Positions 26,711 to 41,940 of a stretch of DNA of 64,000 nt are shown one piece after another; position 1 is the first letter of the stretch, and each line of letters starts with the position of its first letter. The position numbers were made by a program, and so were the translations under genes. The notes beneath the pieces were generated by a model that worked only from the letters and a program-made list of their open reading frames with translations, ran no database searches and was not told where the DNA came from. This stretch comes from the human T2T-CHM13v2.0 reference genome, Homo sapiens. The stretch lies in the NCBI RefSeq assembly GCF_009914755.1, contig NC_060931.1; one strand, written 5' to 3'.

Positions 26711-27329
26711 TCATGTTTATCAGTCCTCAGGATCATGAAAGGATGCGTTAGCGTGCACAGATACTGCAGAGATCACAAGATGAGGTGTTCTGCTAGCAGC
26801 AAGAACACCACTTGAAAACATGGGGTCAGGTGATGGGTAAAGGAGGTCATTTTGAGTGAAGAGGAAAGAAACCAGGCAGACCTAACAGTGCTATGCTTTT
26901 TTTGTCATTCAGTCAAGACTTTTGTTCTTAGCAAAAGAGGAGAGGTATGATCAAAGCTGGACTGCAGGACAACTATAGTGTAATGACTCAGTTATGGCCA
27001 CCAGGAGGCTAGAGGGTTTTATTACCTGGCCCTGAGGAAGAGCACAGGGACACACACAGCTTGCCGTCACTGCGGTGATATATGTCCTTCAGAACTAAAA
27101 CTTTTGAAGATTAAACCAAGGTCATTTTTGTTTAATTTTGAAGAATCTCTTAGTCATAAGGCCACACACAGTTTCATGATTTATGGATTAATGTAATCAT
27201 GAATTAACATAAAAGAGGTTTCTCTCCTGATTCAAACTTGTAGACAGAAATGCTATGAAATCTCACCCACTAATCATTCCAGCATCCACTGCAGAAACTT
27301 TGCATCTGCCACAAAAGAAATGAAGCATT

Positions 27330-27765
<436 letters not shown>

Positions 27766-29142
27766 TCAAACTTGTTGACAATACTTTAGCATTTCTCAAA
27801 ATATTGTTTTAGAGAACATTCCAATGAATATTAAGAAAAGTGTAGTTAACATAGATTTCTGTGGTCAAACAAATTTGGGAAACTCTAAGTTAAACAAATA
27901 TAAACAGTTTTTTTAAATTGCAGAACTTCTCAGCCTTTAATATTCTAATGCACATCATGAATCTTCTAGAAGAGAGTTAATACAGGAGGCTTCCTGGAAC
28001 TTTCACCTAAGAGACCCTTTTGTTTTTTGCAAAGCATCTTCAAGGCTAGTGTTTAGACTATTAATTTCTTACTTTATTAACACCTTGGACATTTATTGTT
28101 CATATTGCACAACAGGAAAGCCTTTAGAAGCACAATCACATTCTAGAAAAAAGCATGGACTAGACATAATCCTTATTTATTAAGGTTCATATTGAGCCAT
28201 TTATTCCCTAGCAGTTTACTGTGATATACCAAGAAGGCTTCAAGGCCAGGGAATCAAGCTAGGTCTTAATTCCTAGGTTGAATGTTACAATATTCTTGTA
28301 CTAATTCATTTGAAGCATACTCTAGCAACTTTGGATTTGCCTAAATTCATATGTGGGGCTCCAACCATATGCAAAGTACTTATATAAACAGTTTCTGTTT
28401 TGTCAAATTTTGAGTTAACTTCCTTCTATTAGCACAGACAGTTGTAAACTAACTATATTTCAGAGGACCTACCCACAGGTCATTATGGCACCTACCACCA
28501 GTATCCTCTGACAGAGAATGTAATGACAGTAACTATAAGAAAGGAAGAAATATGGAGTGTGAGGGAGTGGTGAGCAAAAAGGCTTGGGGAAGCAAGGCGA
28601 CTCTCCATCAAAACATAACCATGATCACAGGAGGGGAGCTTCTTCAATGGGGAGGATGAACACAGCATCATCAAGTTCAGAACGATCAACACTGAAAACG
28701 GCTTCTGCTGGCCCGTGCTTTCATGGTCATTGCAAACACACTTTAACTTGCAAAGTATGAGGAAGGGAAGTAGAGAAAAGAGCAAGAAGAGTAAACCCAA
28801 AACCAAAAGAAAGAGCTTCATCCAGGGAAACCATAAAATGTATCCTGTAAACCTGAACAGTTCTGAGTGCAACGTGGGCACTGGTAACAATTACTCTGGG
28901 GGAGAAAACAGGAATGTATGGTTATGCCAGCTCTATGGGTAGAGAAAGCTGATGGCATGGGAGTCTTAGAATAACTGATATAGATAAGGTCCCCTTTCTA
29001 CCCCTCTTTCCTATTAGGAAATATCTGTCAACCAAAAATAAAAATAGATAGTAGTCATGAAAGGTATAGGGATCATTGGTTACCACACTGAGCTTACTGA
29101 GGCTTATGAAATATCTCCAAACATCCAAAAAGCACCTGATAC

Positions 29143-29259
29143 CTGAGACATGGGTGAGTGGGTCACTCCAGCAGAACCTGCAGGTGTCACCTCGGGCTTG
29201 AAAGGATCAAAGTCCAGATCCAGCAAAGTCTCCTCTTTCTTCACCTCAGGGACTTCATT
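29143..29259 (-). CDS. AMPH: Amphiphysin exon ~12 (117 nt; NEVPEVKKEETLLDLDFDPFKPEVTPAGSAGVTHSPMSQ; clathrin box LLDLD and DPF)
   Basis: tgctttaacag|AAT GAA GTC ... TCT CAG|gtatca; phase 0/0. Confidence 0.97.
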
Positions 29260-30370
29260 CTGTTAAAGCAAACAACAAAACAAAATAAAACATGTATTAG
29301 CTTGAATCTGATAAGACCATGATATAGCCCATGTATACTCTCTCTAATATTATTATTGAGTATCTCCAAAACACACTTTTATAAGCATGGTGGCTCACCC
29401 ATATGCACCCAGTCACTCAGCTAAATGCAGTGAGAAGGAAATAACTAACTCTGGCCAAGTATAACCTAAGTTGCCCTGGAATGTGTCCCAGGCTCTAGCT
29501 CTTGTCCTTTGTCTAGCTCCAAGTCCAGTCAACAGAGAGAATGTTCCAAGGATGTATCCTAATATACCAAGATGCAAGGAGTCTCCTCTGTCAGCTCAGA
29601 GAACTTGGATCAAGAAATTACAGATGACCCAATCGATAAAATGGGCCAAGATCTGGACTCATTATAGCAATACTGCTGATGTTCTTCTGGGAAGCTAAAA
29701 TTTTAAAAGGAAGGTGCCATTGTGTACTGCTGACCACATCCCAATGGCCTCATTCCCTCACTGGTACCCTACCCCTTGATTTGGTTATCATTTGATCCAG
29801 TCTTCATCCATAGCATTGTTAGTTTCAATTGTGTATGTGTATGACTGAGGGTGAACGGGAGGGAGAGAGGAGAGAGACAGCCATGCCTCCCAACATTTGC
29901 TGCAAAATGAGCTCCCATTAATAATATTTTTGGATTAGAAAGAAGGTAAGCCAAATAAGACACAGGACGAAAGTCCTGCTTTGATAATACAAAAAAATCT
30001 ATAATACTAAACATTATCATTTGTTCATTTATTTGTGGTATCATAATACATGAAAACAATGTGGGCTTGAAGTCAGCATAACCCAGGCTCAAGTTACACA
30101 GTAAAGGGCCAGGCTAAGACAAAGTCCCATAAAGTACATCACAGAAAAGGGAGTTGGGGTCAGTTTTCATACAATTTAAATTACATGTGTTTAGCATTCA
30201 ATATAAAATTCTTTTTAAAAAAACTTTGTTGCCTAGAAATTGAAACGTCAAACCAATGGGTAAAGTATACATAAAAACAGATTTTTGGAGACAGATTTTT
30301 GAAGAATAGGAGTTATTCTAATTAATATTCATCACAGACATTAAAAACTGAGAAATGTATGAAAAGTGAG

Positions 30371-30782
<412 letters not shown>

Positions 30783-31420
30783 CTAATATGTCATGCTATT
30801 AGCCTTGCATTTTCTATTCTGCAGCACAGTAACTCCCCATATATACTTTTTAAAAATTTCACAAGGATAATGCCCTTCTGAGAGCTCTACTTTCTTTACT
30901 AATTACAATCACAAAACTATCAACCGATTCCCTATTCAAAATCTGCATAAGCTTTGTTTTTCCCCAACTTTTATGTAGGTAAAAATTATATTTTTAAAAT
31001 GTAGTAAACATATTATACTTGGAGTATGATAGGCACTGTTCGAAGAACTTTACACATATGAACATTACCTCATGTTAACACACTTTGGTGCAATCTAATG
31101 TTGACAACACTTTATTGCCTTTAAAGCATTTATCTTGCCATGTTCTCCAGACTGCATTGTACCTGCCTTTTCAAATATAATCCTTACAAAAAATTGAGGG
31201 AGAGATGGCAGCAATTCTCCATTTGGGAGAATGAAGAGAATTGGCTGAATGGTGATCTATTGTCATGGCCCCCAGCTGCCATGTAGCAGAGGTAAGACTG
31301 CAGTTGGTACCTCTGACTCCAATGCCTGCCAGGCTGTCAACTGATGCCCCAGACCCAAGTTTCTTAATTAGGAACCCCAAAAATCTGCAGAGGAATTCTC
31401 AAAGTTCTGCAAGTTCATGA

Positions 31421-31758
<338 letters not shown>

Positions 31759-31859
31759 CATTATTTCCTTTTAAGCATAATGAATCCCCTTAAGGAAGCT
31801 CAAATGGGAATTTAGAGATGAAGGATGAAATGAGGCATCAGACTATAATGGGCTATGCT

Positions 31860-32060
31860 CAGACTTTGATTGAGATCAATCTGTGGTTATACCCCAATTT
31901 TACCACTTGCTAGCTGTCTCTCCCTGGCCAATTAATTGAGCTTCTTTGAGCCTCGGTTTCTTCATGAATAAAATGGGATTAATAAGACCTAATAGGATTA
32001 CCATGAGTAGTAAAGATGATAAATGCACATGTACATAATATCTAGGAAATACTCAAAATG
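31860..32060 (+). mobile_element. MIR
   Basis: ccacttgctagctgt...gagcctcggtttcttcatgaataaaatgggattaataa. Confidence 0.7.
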
Positions 32061-32109
32061 GAAATGGAAGCTAATGTTATTAATTACCATTAGCAACAAT
32101 GCATACATG

Positions 32110-32476
32110 TGATTATAGTTTGGCTCTGTGTCCCCACTCAAATATCATTCAGATTGTAATCCCCATGTTTGGTCAAGGGAGGAACCTGGTGAGAGGTGAC
32201 TGGATCATGGGGGTAGTTTCCCCAATGCTGTTCTCACAATAGTGAATGAGTTCTCATGAGAGTTGATGGTTTTAAAGTGTGGCACTTCCCCCCTGCTGTC
32301 TCTCTCCTGCCACCATTTAAGATGTGCCTTGCTTCCCCATAACCTTCTGCCATGATTGAAAGTTTCCAGAGGCCTCCCTAGTCATGTGGAACTGTGAGTC
32401 AATGAAACCTTTTTTTCTTTATAAATGACTCAGTCTCAGGCAATTCTTTATAGCAGTGTGAAAATGGACTAATACA
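32110..32476 (+). mobile_element. MaLR solo LTR (MSTA/THE1-like)
   Basis: tgattatagtttggctctgtgtcccca...gtgaaaatggactaataca termini. Confidence 0.85.
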
Positions 32477-34819
32477 ACATGTGAATATGTAAAATTACTG
32501 TCATCAAATATCCATAATGCCAATTGGACTGCCTTCAAAATATGTGGCTGGTTTTTTCAGGCTCAACTTCTACTTAGCTTTGCCCTCTTAATCTTGAGAA
32601 TTATCCCTTAAGGTACTCATGTCAAAGAATATTCTGGTAAAGCTACAAACATAGCAAAAGGATTTTGCCAGCTTATATAGTATTCCTTTTTAAAAGGGCA
32701 GGAATGTACTCACAACTCTGTCACCACATGTTGAAACACAGAAAAGTGTAATTTTCCTTAACAAGACAAATGAATCCTGTACACCTTCATCACAATTAGA
32801 GTACACATGGTATGGTCTCAACATTCTTAGCTTTTTGGGAACTTGATTGTAAGTACTGCTTTACCATCAGAAATCTACAAGGGGTGACTTGGAATGTGCT
32901 CCTAAGAAAGGAGACCAGCTGTGGAAACCACAGTGGGAGAAAATCTTCCAATAGGAAAACATTGCCAATTATAATCATCTGTACTATGTTTCATGAGGTG
33001 TCTTCTACTTGGGACATCTAAGTTTATTAGTAAAGTACCGGACCTCTTCCAGTGCAGATGTGCAATTTGAGCATAATCGGCATGCCTAGCCTTGCCACGG
33101 CTTCGTGATAGATGGATTTTACTTCCCCATCCCTTACGTGGGGTTGACCATATGTCATGCTTTAGCTAATGGATATTAGTTAATGTAATGCAAACAAAGG
33201 CTGGAAATGTGCTTGCATGTTTGGTTGGTTGGTTTGTATTCCGCCATTCACCATGAAAAGTAGAGCCTTGCATAGCTGCTAGTCCAAAAAGAATGAGAGA
33301 CACATGAAGCACATGTGGACCAATCATAATCTAATTTTCTAATCAGTGTTAAAGATAAATTCATAAAAAGAACCAGAGAAAAGAAGACATTTCACTAACA
33401 GAGGAACAACATGAAGGTAGCAGTAGATTTCTCACCAGAAATAATGAAGCAAAAAGACAGTGAGGCAAAGTACTGAGAAAAAGAAACTGCCAACTTATAA
33501 TTATATGCCCCTTGAAAATACTTTCTAAAATAAAAATTCAATGAAGATTTTCAGACAAACAAAATTAGAAAGAATACATCACCCTCATATACACACTACA
33601 ACTAATGTGGAAGATATCTTTCAGGCAAGGGAAAAATGATAACAGAACTATGCATCTACACAAAGGAGGAGAACCAGAAATAGTAACTGCCTAGGTAACT
33701 ATATGTGAGTTTTTATTATTTAAATCTTTTAAAAAGATAATTGGCTGCTTATACAAAAATAATAACAAAATAATGTGAAGTTTAAAACGTAGATAAACTA
33801 AAATCAATGACAAAAATTGCATAAAAAACAGAAGTGGAGAAATGTGAGTATATTATCATTAGATTTTTATACTGTACCTTAAATGACATCATATAATTGA
33901 AAGTTAGACTGTGATAAATTAAAATGTACACTAAAACCCTAAAGTAACAACTAAAATGACAAAACAATGTTATAGCTAATAAGTAAATAAAGAAAATTAA
34001 AGAGAATAAAAAATGTTCAATTAATACAAAAGAAAGCAGAAATGGAAGGGTTAAATGAACAGAGAGACAATGGAGAACAAGTGATCAATGTGCTAGATTT
34101 AAACTTCACCATATGAATAATAACCTTAAATGAAAATAGTCTAAATCATGCAATTAAAAGGCAGAGATTATCTAATTGTACAAAAAAGCAAGACCCAACT
34201 AGATACTGTCTATAAGAAACTAACTTGAAGTATGAAGACACAAATAGGTTCAAAGTAAAAGGATATAAAGGATGCACCATGCCAATCTAACAAAAAGAAA
34301 GCTGTAGTAATTACATTAACAATAAAAAAAGTAGATCTCAAATCAAAGAATATTGTCATGGATAAAGAGGATCATTGCCTAAACATTTATGCACTCAATT
34401 AGAGAGCTTCAACATAAAGCAAAAACCAAGAAAGCTGTAAAGAAAAATAAAAAAGCACACACACTTTTATAGGAAAGACTTCAATATTCCTCATTCAATA
34501 ATTGAAAGAACAAATGGAGAGAAAATAAGCAATGGTATAAAAGATTTAGATAACACTGTGACTAAATTTGACCTAATTTACACTTATAACATTCTATCCA
34601 ACAACAGCAGAATATATATTCTTTTCAAGTGCACATGGAAATGTAACATGATAAGCAGTATTCTGGGTCATTAAATAGGTCTCAACTAATTCTTTTTTAA
34701 AGGTCCTATCTGAGATTTTATTTCCAAAAACAAACAAACAAATGAACAAATAAACACAATGGAACCTCTTTCTTGCACAGACACCAGAGACAATGCTAAA
34801 GTTCCCAGTATAACTCTAT

Positions 34820-35500
34820 TATAAAGACACATGCATTTGTGCGTTTGTCGCAGCAATATTCACAACAGCAAAGACATGGAATCAACATAACTACCTATCA
34901 ATGAAGGCCTGGATAAAGAAAATGATATATATGACATATATATCATATATCTATCATATATATGATATATATCATATATCTATCATATATATGATATATA
35001 TCATATATCTATCATATATATGATATATATCATATATCTATCATATATATGATATATATCATATATCATATATATCATATATCATATATATCATATATCA
35101 TATATATCATATATATATCATATACATACACACACACACACGCCATGGAATACTATGCAGCCATAAAAAGAATGAGATCATGTTCTTTGCAAGGACATGG
35201 ATGGAACTGGAGGCCATTGTCCTTAGCAAACTAACACAGGAACAGCAAACCAAATACCACATGTTCTCACAAGTGAGAGCTAAAGGTTGAGAACACATGG
35301 ACACATAAAGGGAAACAACACACACTGGGGCCTATTGGAAGTGGAAGGTAGGAGAAGGGAGAGGATCAGAAAAAATAGCTAATGGGTACTAGGCTTAATA
35401 CTTGGGTGAGGAAGTGATCTGTACAACAAACGCCCATGACACAAGTTTATCTTATGCAACAAACCTACACTTGTACCCCTGAACTTAAAAGTTTAATAAA
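34820..35500 (+). mobile_element. L1PA 3' end nested in the older L1, containing a (CATATA)n-type tract at ~34925-35140
   Basis: aagacacatgc...ggaatactatgcagccataaaaag...tgtacccctgaacttaaaa. Confidence 0.85.
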
Positions 35501-37511
35501 AACTTGCCCTGTTAAAGAGTACAGCATGAAGGTGGCTGCCATATGCTTACTCAGTCCACTCTTGTCCTAGTGGCTTCATCAAGTGAGATACAGCCTTCCT
35601 CCTCTCCCTGGTAGTCTATCCTTTGTTTTAAGACCCCATGTGTCCCAGCTGGAAAAAACTGTCACTGAATCACTTCTGCCTTCAACTAATTTAAAAACAT
35701 TCAAGCCACATAAAGTATGGTCTCTGACTACACTGGAATTAAATTGGAAATTGTTAACAGAATGGTCTCTAGAAAATCCACAAATATTTTAATCATCCAA
35801 AATGATCTCTGCAAAATCCACAAATAATACTCTTCTAAATAATTCAATGAGTCAAAAAAGAAATCAAAGTGGAAATTGGAAACCTGAATGGAAATGAAAA
35901 CAATATATCAAAATGTATGGGATGCTGCTAAAGCAGTACTTACGGAAAATTTATAGCACTAAACTCCCATATAAGAAAACAAAAAGGTCCGAAATTATTA
36001 ACCTCACCTTCTTTTTACCCTGAATATAAAAAAAAACATAAACAGAGCAATAAAACCCAAAGTAGAAACTGGAAATTATACAGATTAGAGTGGAAATCAG
36101 TGAAACAGAAAACAAAAGACAGAGTGAGAACAAGAAAAAGAGAGAATCAATAAGACCACAGGCTAGTTATTTGAGACGATCAATAAAATTAATCAACATT
36201 TAGCCAGTCTAATTGGAGTAAAAAGAGAGAGTGAACAAGGATGCAGATTACCAATATTAGGAATGAGAGAGGGAAACATCATCATAGATATTAGAGATAT
36301 CAAAAAATAATAGTAAATATGATGAACCACTGTACTCCAAATACATTTGGCAATTTAGATGAAATGGACAGATTTCATGAGAAACACAAACTACAAATAC
36401 AAAAATCTCACTCAAGAAAAATAGATACCCTGAACTGCTCTATATCTATTATATAGAAATATATCAAAACAAAAGAAAACACAACAAAACAGAGCCCAGA
36501 TGAGTTCTCCGATGAATTCTATCAAACCTTTAAGCAACAAATAATACCAACACAAACTTAACCAGCAATTGATTTTCAGTTCAATTCATTCAATACCATT
36601 ACCCTAGTATTAAATCATAAAAACCCTTTTCTTAAAAAAAACCTATAAATTAATATTCCCCATGAACAGGAATGTAAAAATTCTAGACCGAGCTTTAGCA
36701 AGCTGACTAAAAGATACACAGATAAAAAGGATAACATATCATCACCAAATGGGGTTCATCCTAGGACTTCATGGATGGTTTACCATTGGAAAACCAATAA
36801 GTATAATTCACCATATTAACAAACTATAAAGAAAACTCATATGATCATCTTAACAGATGCAGCAGAGCATTTGAGAAAATCCACATTAATTCCTGTTTAA
36901 AACTCTTTAAGTAGGAATAAAAGGCTACTTCCTCAATCTGATAAAAGCCATCTAATAAAACCTACAAGTAACAAACACCATGTTTAAAAGTGAAATACTA
37001 CATGCTCTTCCTCTAAGATCAAGACAAGGGTGACTGCTTTACTACTTTTACTCAATATTATTCTGGTGGTACAAGAATGAAATAAGGTAGGAAAAATAAA
37101 TAAAAGGCACCGAGATTGCAAAGAGAGAAGTAAACTTTCTTTATTCATAAAAGATATGATAATATATATAGAAAAATCCAATAAAATCTACAAAAAAGCT
37201 ATAGAAACTAATAATTCAGTTTAGCAAAGCTGCAGACACAGCATCAATATACAAAAACCAGTTGTACTTATAGACAATAGTGTGAACAACCAGAAAAAAC
37301 AAATTTAAAAACATGATTTATAATAACAATATAAAATACTTATGGATAAATCCAACAAAAGATGTATAATGTCTGTACATTGCAAACTGTAAAACATGGC
37401 AGAGAGAAATTAGAGAAGACCATTAATAAAGGGAGAGATATACTGCGTCTATGCGTCAGATGACTCACATATCATTGATCTATAGACTCGGTGCAACATG
37501 ATTCAATATCT

Positions 37512-38005
37512 GTACTGCTTTGAATAGTATTTTCCCCCACCCCCCAAATTTCATGCCTATCTGGAACCTGTAAGTGTGTCCTTAACTGACAACAGGGTCT
37601 GAACCAATGTAATAAAATAAAGATTTTGATTAGAGTGGGTCCTAATCCAATGACTGGTGGCCCTGTAAGAAGAGGAAAATTTGGATATGTAGACGCAAGG
37701 AGAATGCCATGTGAAGACACAGAGCCCACAGACACACAGGGAAAATGCCATGTGATGACCAAGGTGCATATTGGAGTACTGGAGTGATGTATCTGCAAGC
37801 CAAGGAACCCCAAGGACTTTCAGCAACCACCAGAGGCTAGGAGAGAAGAAAGGATTGATTCTCCCCTAGAGCCTTCAGAGAGAGCATGTCCCTACTGACA
37901 CCTTGATCTCAGACATCTAGCAGCCAAAACTGTTAGAGAATTTTTTTGTGGGGGGTTTTGTATTTAAGCCACTCAGTTGTGGTACAGCAGCCCAGGAAAT
38001 AATAC
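37512..38005 (+). mobile_element. MLT1-type MaLR LTR nested in L1
   Basis: gggtcctaatccaatgactggtggccctgtaagaagagg...cagcagcccaggaaataataca. Confidence 0.8.
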
Positions 38006-38220
38006 AATATCAACTTACAGTTGATTCTGAAGTTCATATGGAAATTCAAAGGACCTAGAATAGCCAAAACAACTCTGAAAAAGAACAAAGTTGAAAGACT
38101 AACCCTACTGACCCTGATTTCAAGATATCATAAAATGACAATAATCAATATAGCATGCTACTGGCACAAAGGTAAGCTAAAAGATCAATGGATAATCACA
38201 TGGTCCAGAAATATATCCAT

Positions 38221-38260
<40 letters not shown>

Positions 38261-38979
38261 GGTATATACATATATATACATATATACATGGTATATACAT
38301 ATATATATACACATATATACATGGTATATACATATATATTAGATAGATAGATAATTGGTTGTCTGATTTTCCACAAAGGTACAACTAATTTTCCACAAAG
38401 GTACAAAGGCAATTTAGTAGAGTAAGAATACTTTTCAACAATGGAATATTCATTTCTAAAGAAATGAATTCCAACACACACTTTGTACCACATAAAAAAA
38501 TTAACTCCAAATTGGTCACAGGCCTAAATGTAACACCTGAAAATAAAACTTCTAAAAAATATTAAGAGAAAACCTTGCGATTTTTATCTTGGGTTAGGCA
38601 AAGACCTTTTAGATGTTACATGAAATATATAATCCAGAAAAAAATGGATAAATTGGATTTCATCAAATAAAACATTTCTACTCTCCAAATTACACTGCCA
38701 AGAGAATGAAAAGAAAGCCACATGCTGGGAGACAGTATTTGCAAATCTTATCTAATGAGGGAGTTGTATACAGAATGGATAAAGAGGTCCCAAAACTCAG
38801 TTAAAAAATAAATACACGAGAAAAAGTTTTTAACAGGCACTTCACCAAAGAAGATATATGGGTGTTAAATAAGTACATGAAAAAATACTTAACACCACTA
38901 GTCATTTGGGAAATGCAAATTAAATCAAAATGAAATACCACTATCACTTACTAGAATAGCTAAAATTAAAAACACTAAC

Positions 38980-39388
38980 CGATACGGTTTGGATTTGTGT
39001 CCCCACTCAAATCTCATGTCAACTTGTTATCCCAGTGTTAGAGGTAGGGTCTGGTGGGAGGTGACTGGATCATGGGGGCGGAGTTTTCATGAATGGTTTA
39101 GCACCATCCTCCCTTGGTACTGTATAGTGAGTGAGTGTCAAGAGATCTGGTTGTTTAAAAGTGTGTTACACCTCCCTCCTCTCTCTCTTCCTCCTGCTCC
39201 TGCCATGTTAGACACCTGCTCTTGCTTTGCCTTTGCCATGAATAAAAGCTCGCTGAGGCCTCCCCAGAAGCAAATGCTGCCATGCTTCCTGTAAAGCTTG
39301 CAGAACCATAAGCCAATTAAATCTCTTCTCTTTATAAATTACCCAGTCTCAGGTATTTCTTTATAGCCATGTGAGAATGGCCTAATAC
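38980..39388 (+). mobile_element. MST-type MaLR LTR nested in L1
   Basis: gatacggtttggatttgtgtcccca...gtgagaatggcctaataca. Confidence 0.85.
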
Positions 39389-40219
39389 ATTAACCATGCC
39401 AACTGTTGGCAAAGATGTGGAAGAACTAGAACTCTTATGCGATGCTGATGAAAATAGAAAATGGTACAAACACTTCAGAAAATCTGTCAATTTTTTAAAA
39501 AATTAAATTTATTCCTAACATATGATCTAGCTAGTTTATCCCTAGGTATTCGCCCAAGAGAAATGAAAGCATGCATGCACACAAATATTTGTATACAAGT
39601 GCTTATAGTGCCTTTGTTTATAATAGTCAAAAATTGGAAACAACTCAAACATCCATCAGATAACTTGTGATATATCCATACAATGGAATACTACTCAATA
39701 AGGAGGAATGATATGTGCTACAACATTAATGAATTTCGTAATCCAAAAACTATGCTTTCTGATACTATATGATTCCATTTATATAAAATTCTAGAAAATG
39801 CAAACTAATGTATAGCAACAGAAAGATGAGTGTTTGCCTAGAGATGCTGGCGCCAATGGGGAGGAGCAAGAGAAATTAAAAAGTGGCTCAGAAAACTTCT
39901 AAACTTCTTGGGGTGACATATATTCATTATCTTGATTCTGGTAATGGTTTAATAGTATATACATATGTGCAAACTCATCAAATATGTGCATATGTAAACA
40001 TGTACAGTTTATTGTAGATCAATCACACATCAATAGAGCTTACTAATAACATTAAAAAAAATCTAATAGTGGGAGATGGGTTAAACCTACCATAGCACAT
40101 TCTCTTAACACAGTGCTCTGCTGCTATTTAAAATAATAAAATAAATACTAAATTGACATGGAAATACTTTTGTTATATTTGTACTAAAAATCATAAATTA
40201 AAAACCTGACATAGAATGA

Positions 40220-40645
<426 letters not shown>

Positions 40646-40985
40646 TGAAGTTTTACTTTTTGCTTCTCTGTAATTTACTATTTTTTTACATTAACTATGC
40701 ATCCTTTTGGGCATCATTTTTATAAGCATATCAGGTAAAAGAGATTTCAATATATAACTATAGCCATAAAACATTTAGTAGTGATGCATCTGTAGGTAGT
40801 TTGCAAGTATTTGATTGACCCAGAAATCTAGCCTCCAGAGCACACACACAACACATTTTCTGAGGATCTTAACCTTTAGAATTTGAATAAAATGTATAAA
40901 ATCTGTAAACACCTCAAAAAAACCACTTAGAAGTAAAACATATAGTCTCCAAATCATCCTCATGGCTGCATGCAAACAGACAGAT

Positions 40986-40988
<3 letters not shown>

Positions 40989-41018
<30 letters not shown>
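40989..41018. repeat. (CA)n microsatellite
   Basis: About 15 CA units. Confidence 0.95.
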
Positions 41019-41021
<3 letters not shown>

Positions 41022-41576
41022 ATACACAAAATTTCTTTAATCATAACACAGTATTATAGTAAGCCAGATTACCATGAGGGCATAGAGATTTTCATCTTTT
41101 CTTCTTCTAGAGATTTTCATCTTTTATTCTTTCATTAAACATATTTTGAAAACCTTTACTATATCCTAAGTATTGTGCTGGACACTTGTGACTTCCCAAT
41201 GAGGCAAAAGAGGTAGAGTAGGAAGCTTAAGACAGAGAGGTTAAATAAAATCTTTAGGAACAAGGCCAATCAGAAGTTATCTTTTATGTAATAGAAATAC
41301 CTTTCATGTAAAAGTCACAATTTACAATTTCTAACAGTGAGTAAAGTTTTAGCATTTCATCAACAATTACAATGAAGCAGTGGCCTAGGAAAGTTTACCT
41401 TCGTGGTTAGAAGCTTATAACAAGATTGCTCCAGATGGGTACATTACAGTTAATGTGAGTCATATAGCACATGGACAGGGTTCAAGTGCTTTATATTGCA
41501 GTCTTAGAATGGAAAATCGTTCAGTCATTTAAAATGATGTTGCCAAGTATTTGTTCCACAAAGTTTATTGTAGTAT

Positions 41577-41940
41577 ACTAGTCCTTCCTTATTTGGAGGA
41601 GTTATGTTCCAAGATCCCCAGGGGATGCCTGAAACCACAAATGGTACAGATAGTACTGAACCCTATACACACTATGTTTTTTCCTATACATACATACCTA
41701 TGATAAAGTTGAAGTTATCAATTAGGCATAGTAAGAGATTGATGACAACAGCTAACAGTAAAATAGAACAATGATAACAATATACTGTAATAAAGGTGAA
41801 TGTAGTGTGAATGTGAATATAGTCTCTCGCTCGCTTGCTCTCTCCAAATATCTTACTGTTATGTAGTATTTTTGGATCATGGTTGACCATGGGTAACTGA
41901 AACCATGGAAAGTGAAACTGTGGATAAGGGGAGACTGCTG
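41577..41940. mobile_element. MER44-like TcMar-Tigger DNA transposon
   Basis: Terminal inverted repeats tagtccttccttat... / ...gataaggggagactgctg. Confidence 0.75.

Larger units (their letters stand above)
33340..40060 (+). mobile_element. Long old L1M (L1MC/MD-like) element with nested insertions
   Basis: Degenerate ORF1 end, ORF2 (EN/RT-like DNA such as atgatcatcttaacagatgcag) and L1M 3' UTR, interrupted by younger elements. Confidence 0.8.

Noticed and set aside
34925-35130. Regular ~29-nt AT-rich tandem units superficially like an array
   Set aside because: Simple (CATATA/TA)n expansion inside an L1 3' end, with no unique spacers; not CRISPR-like.
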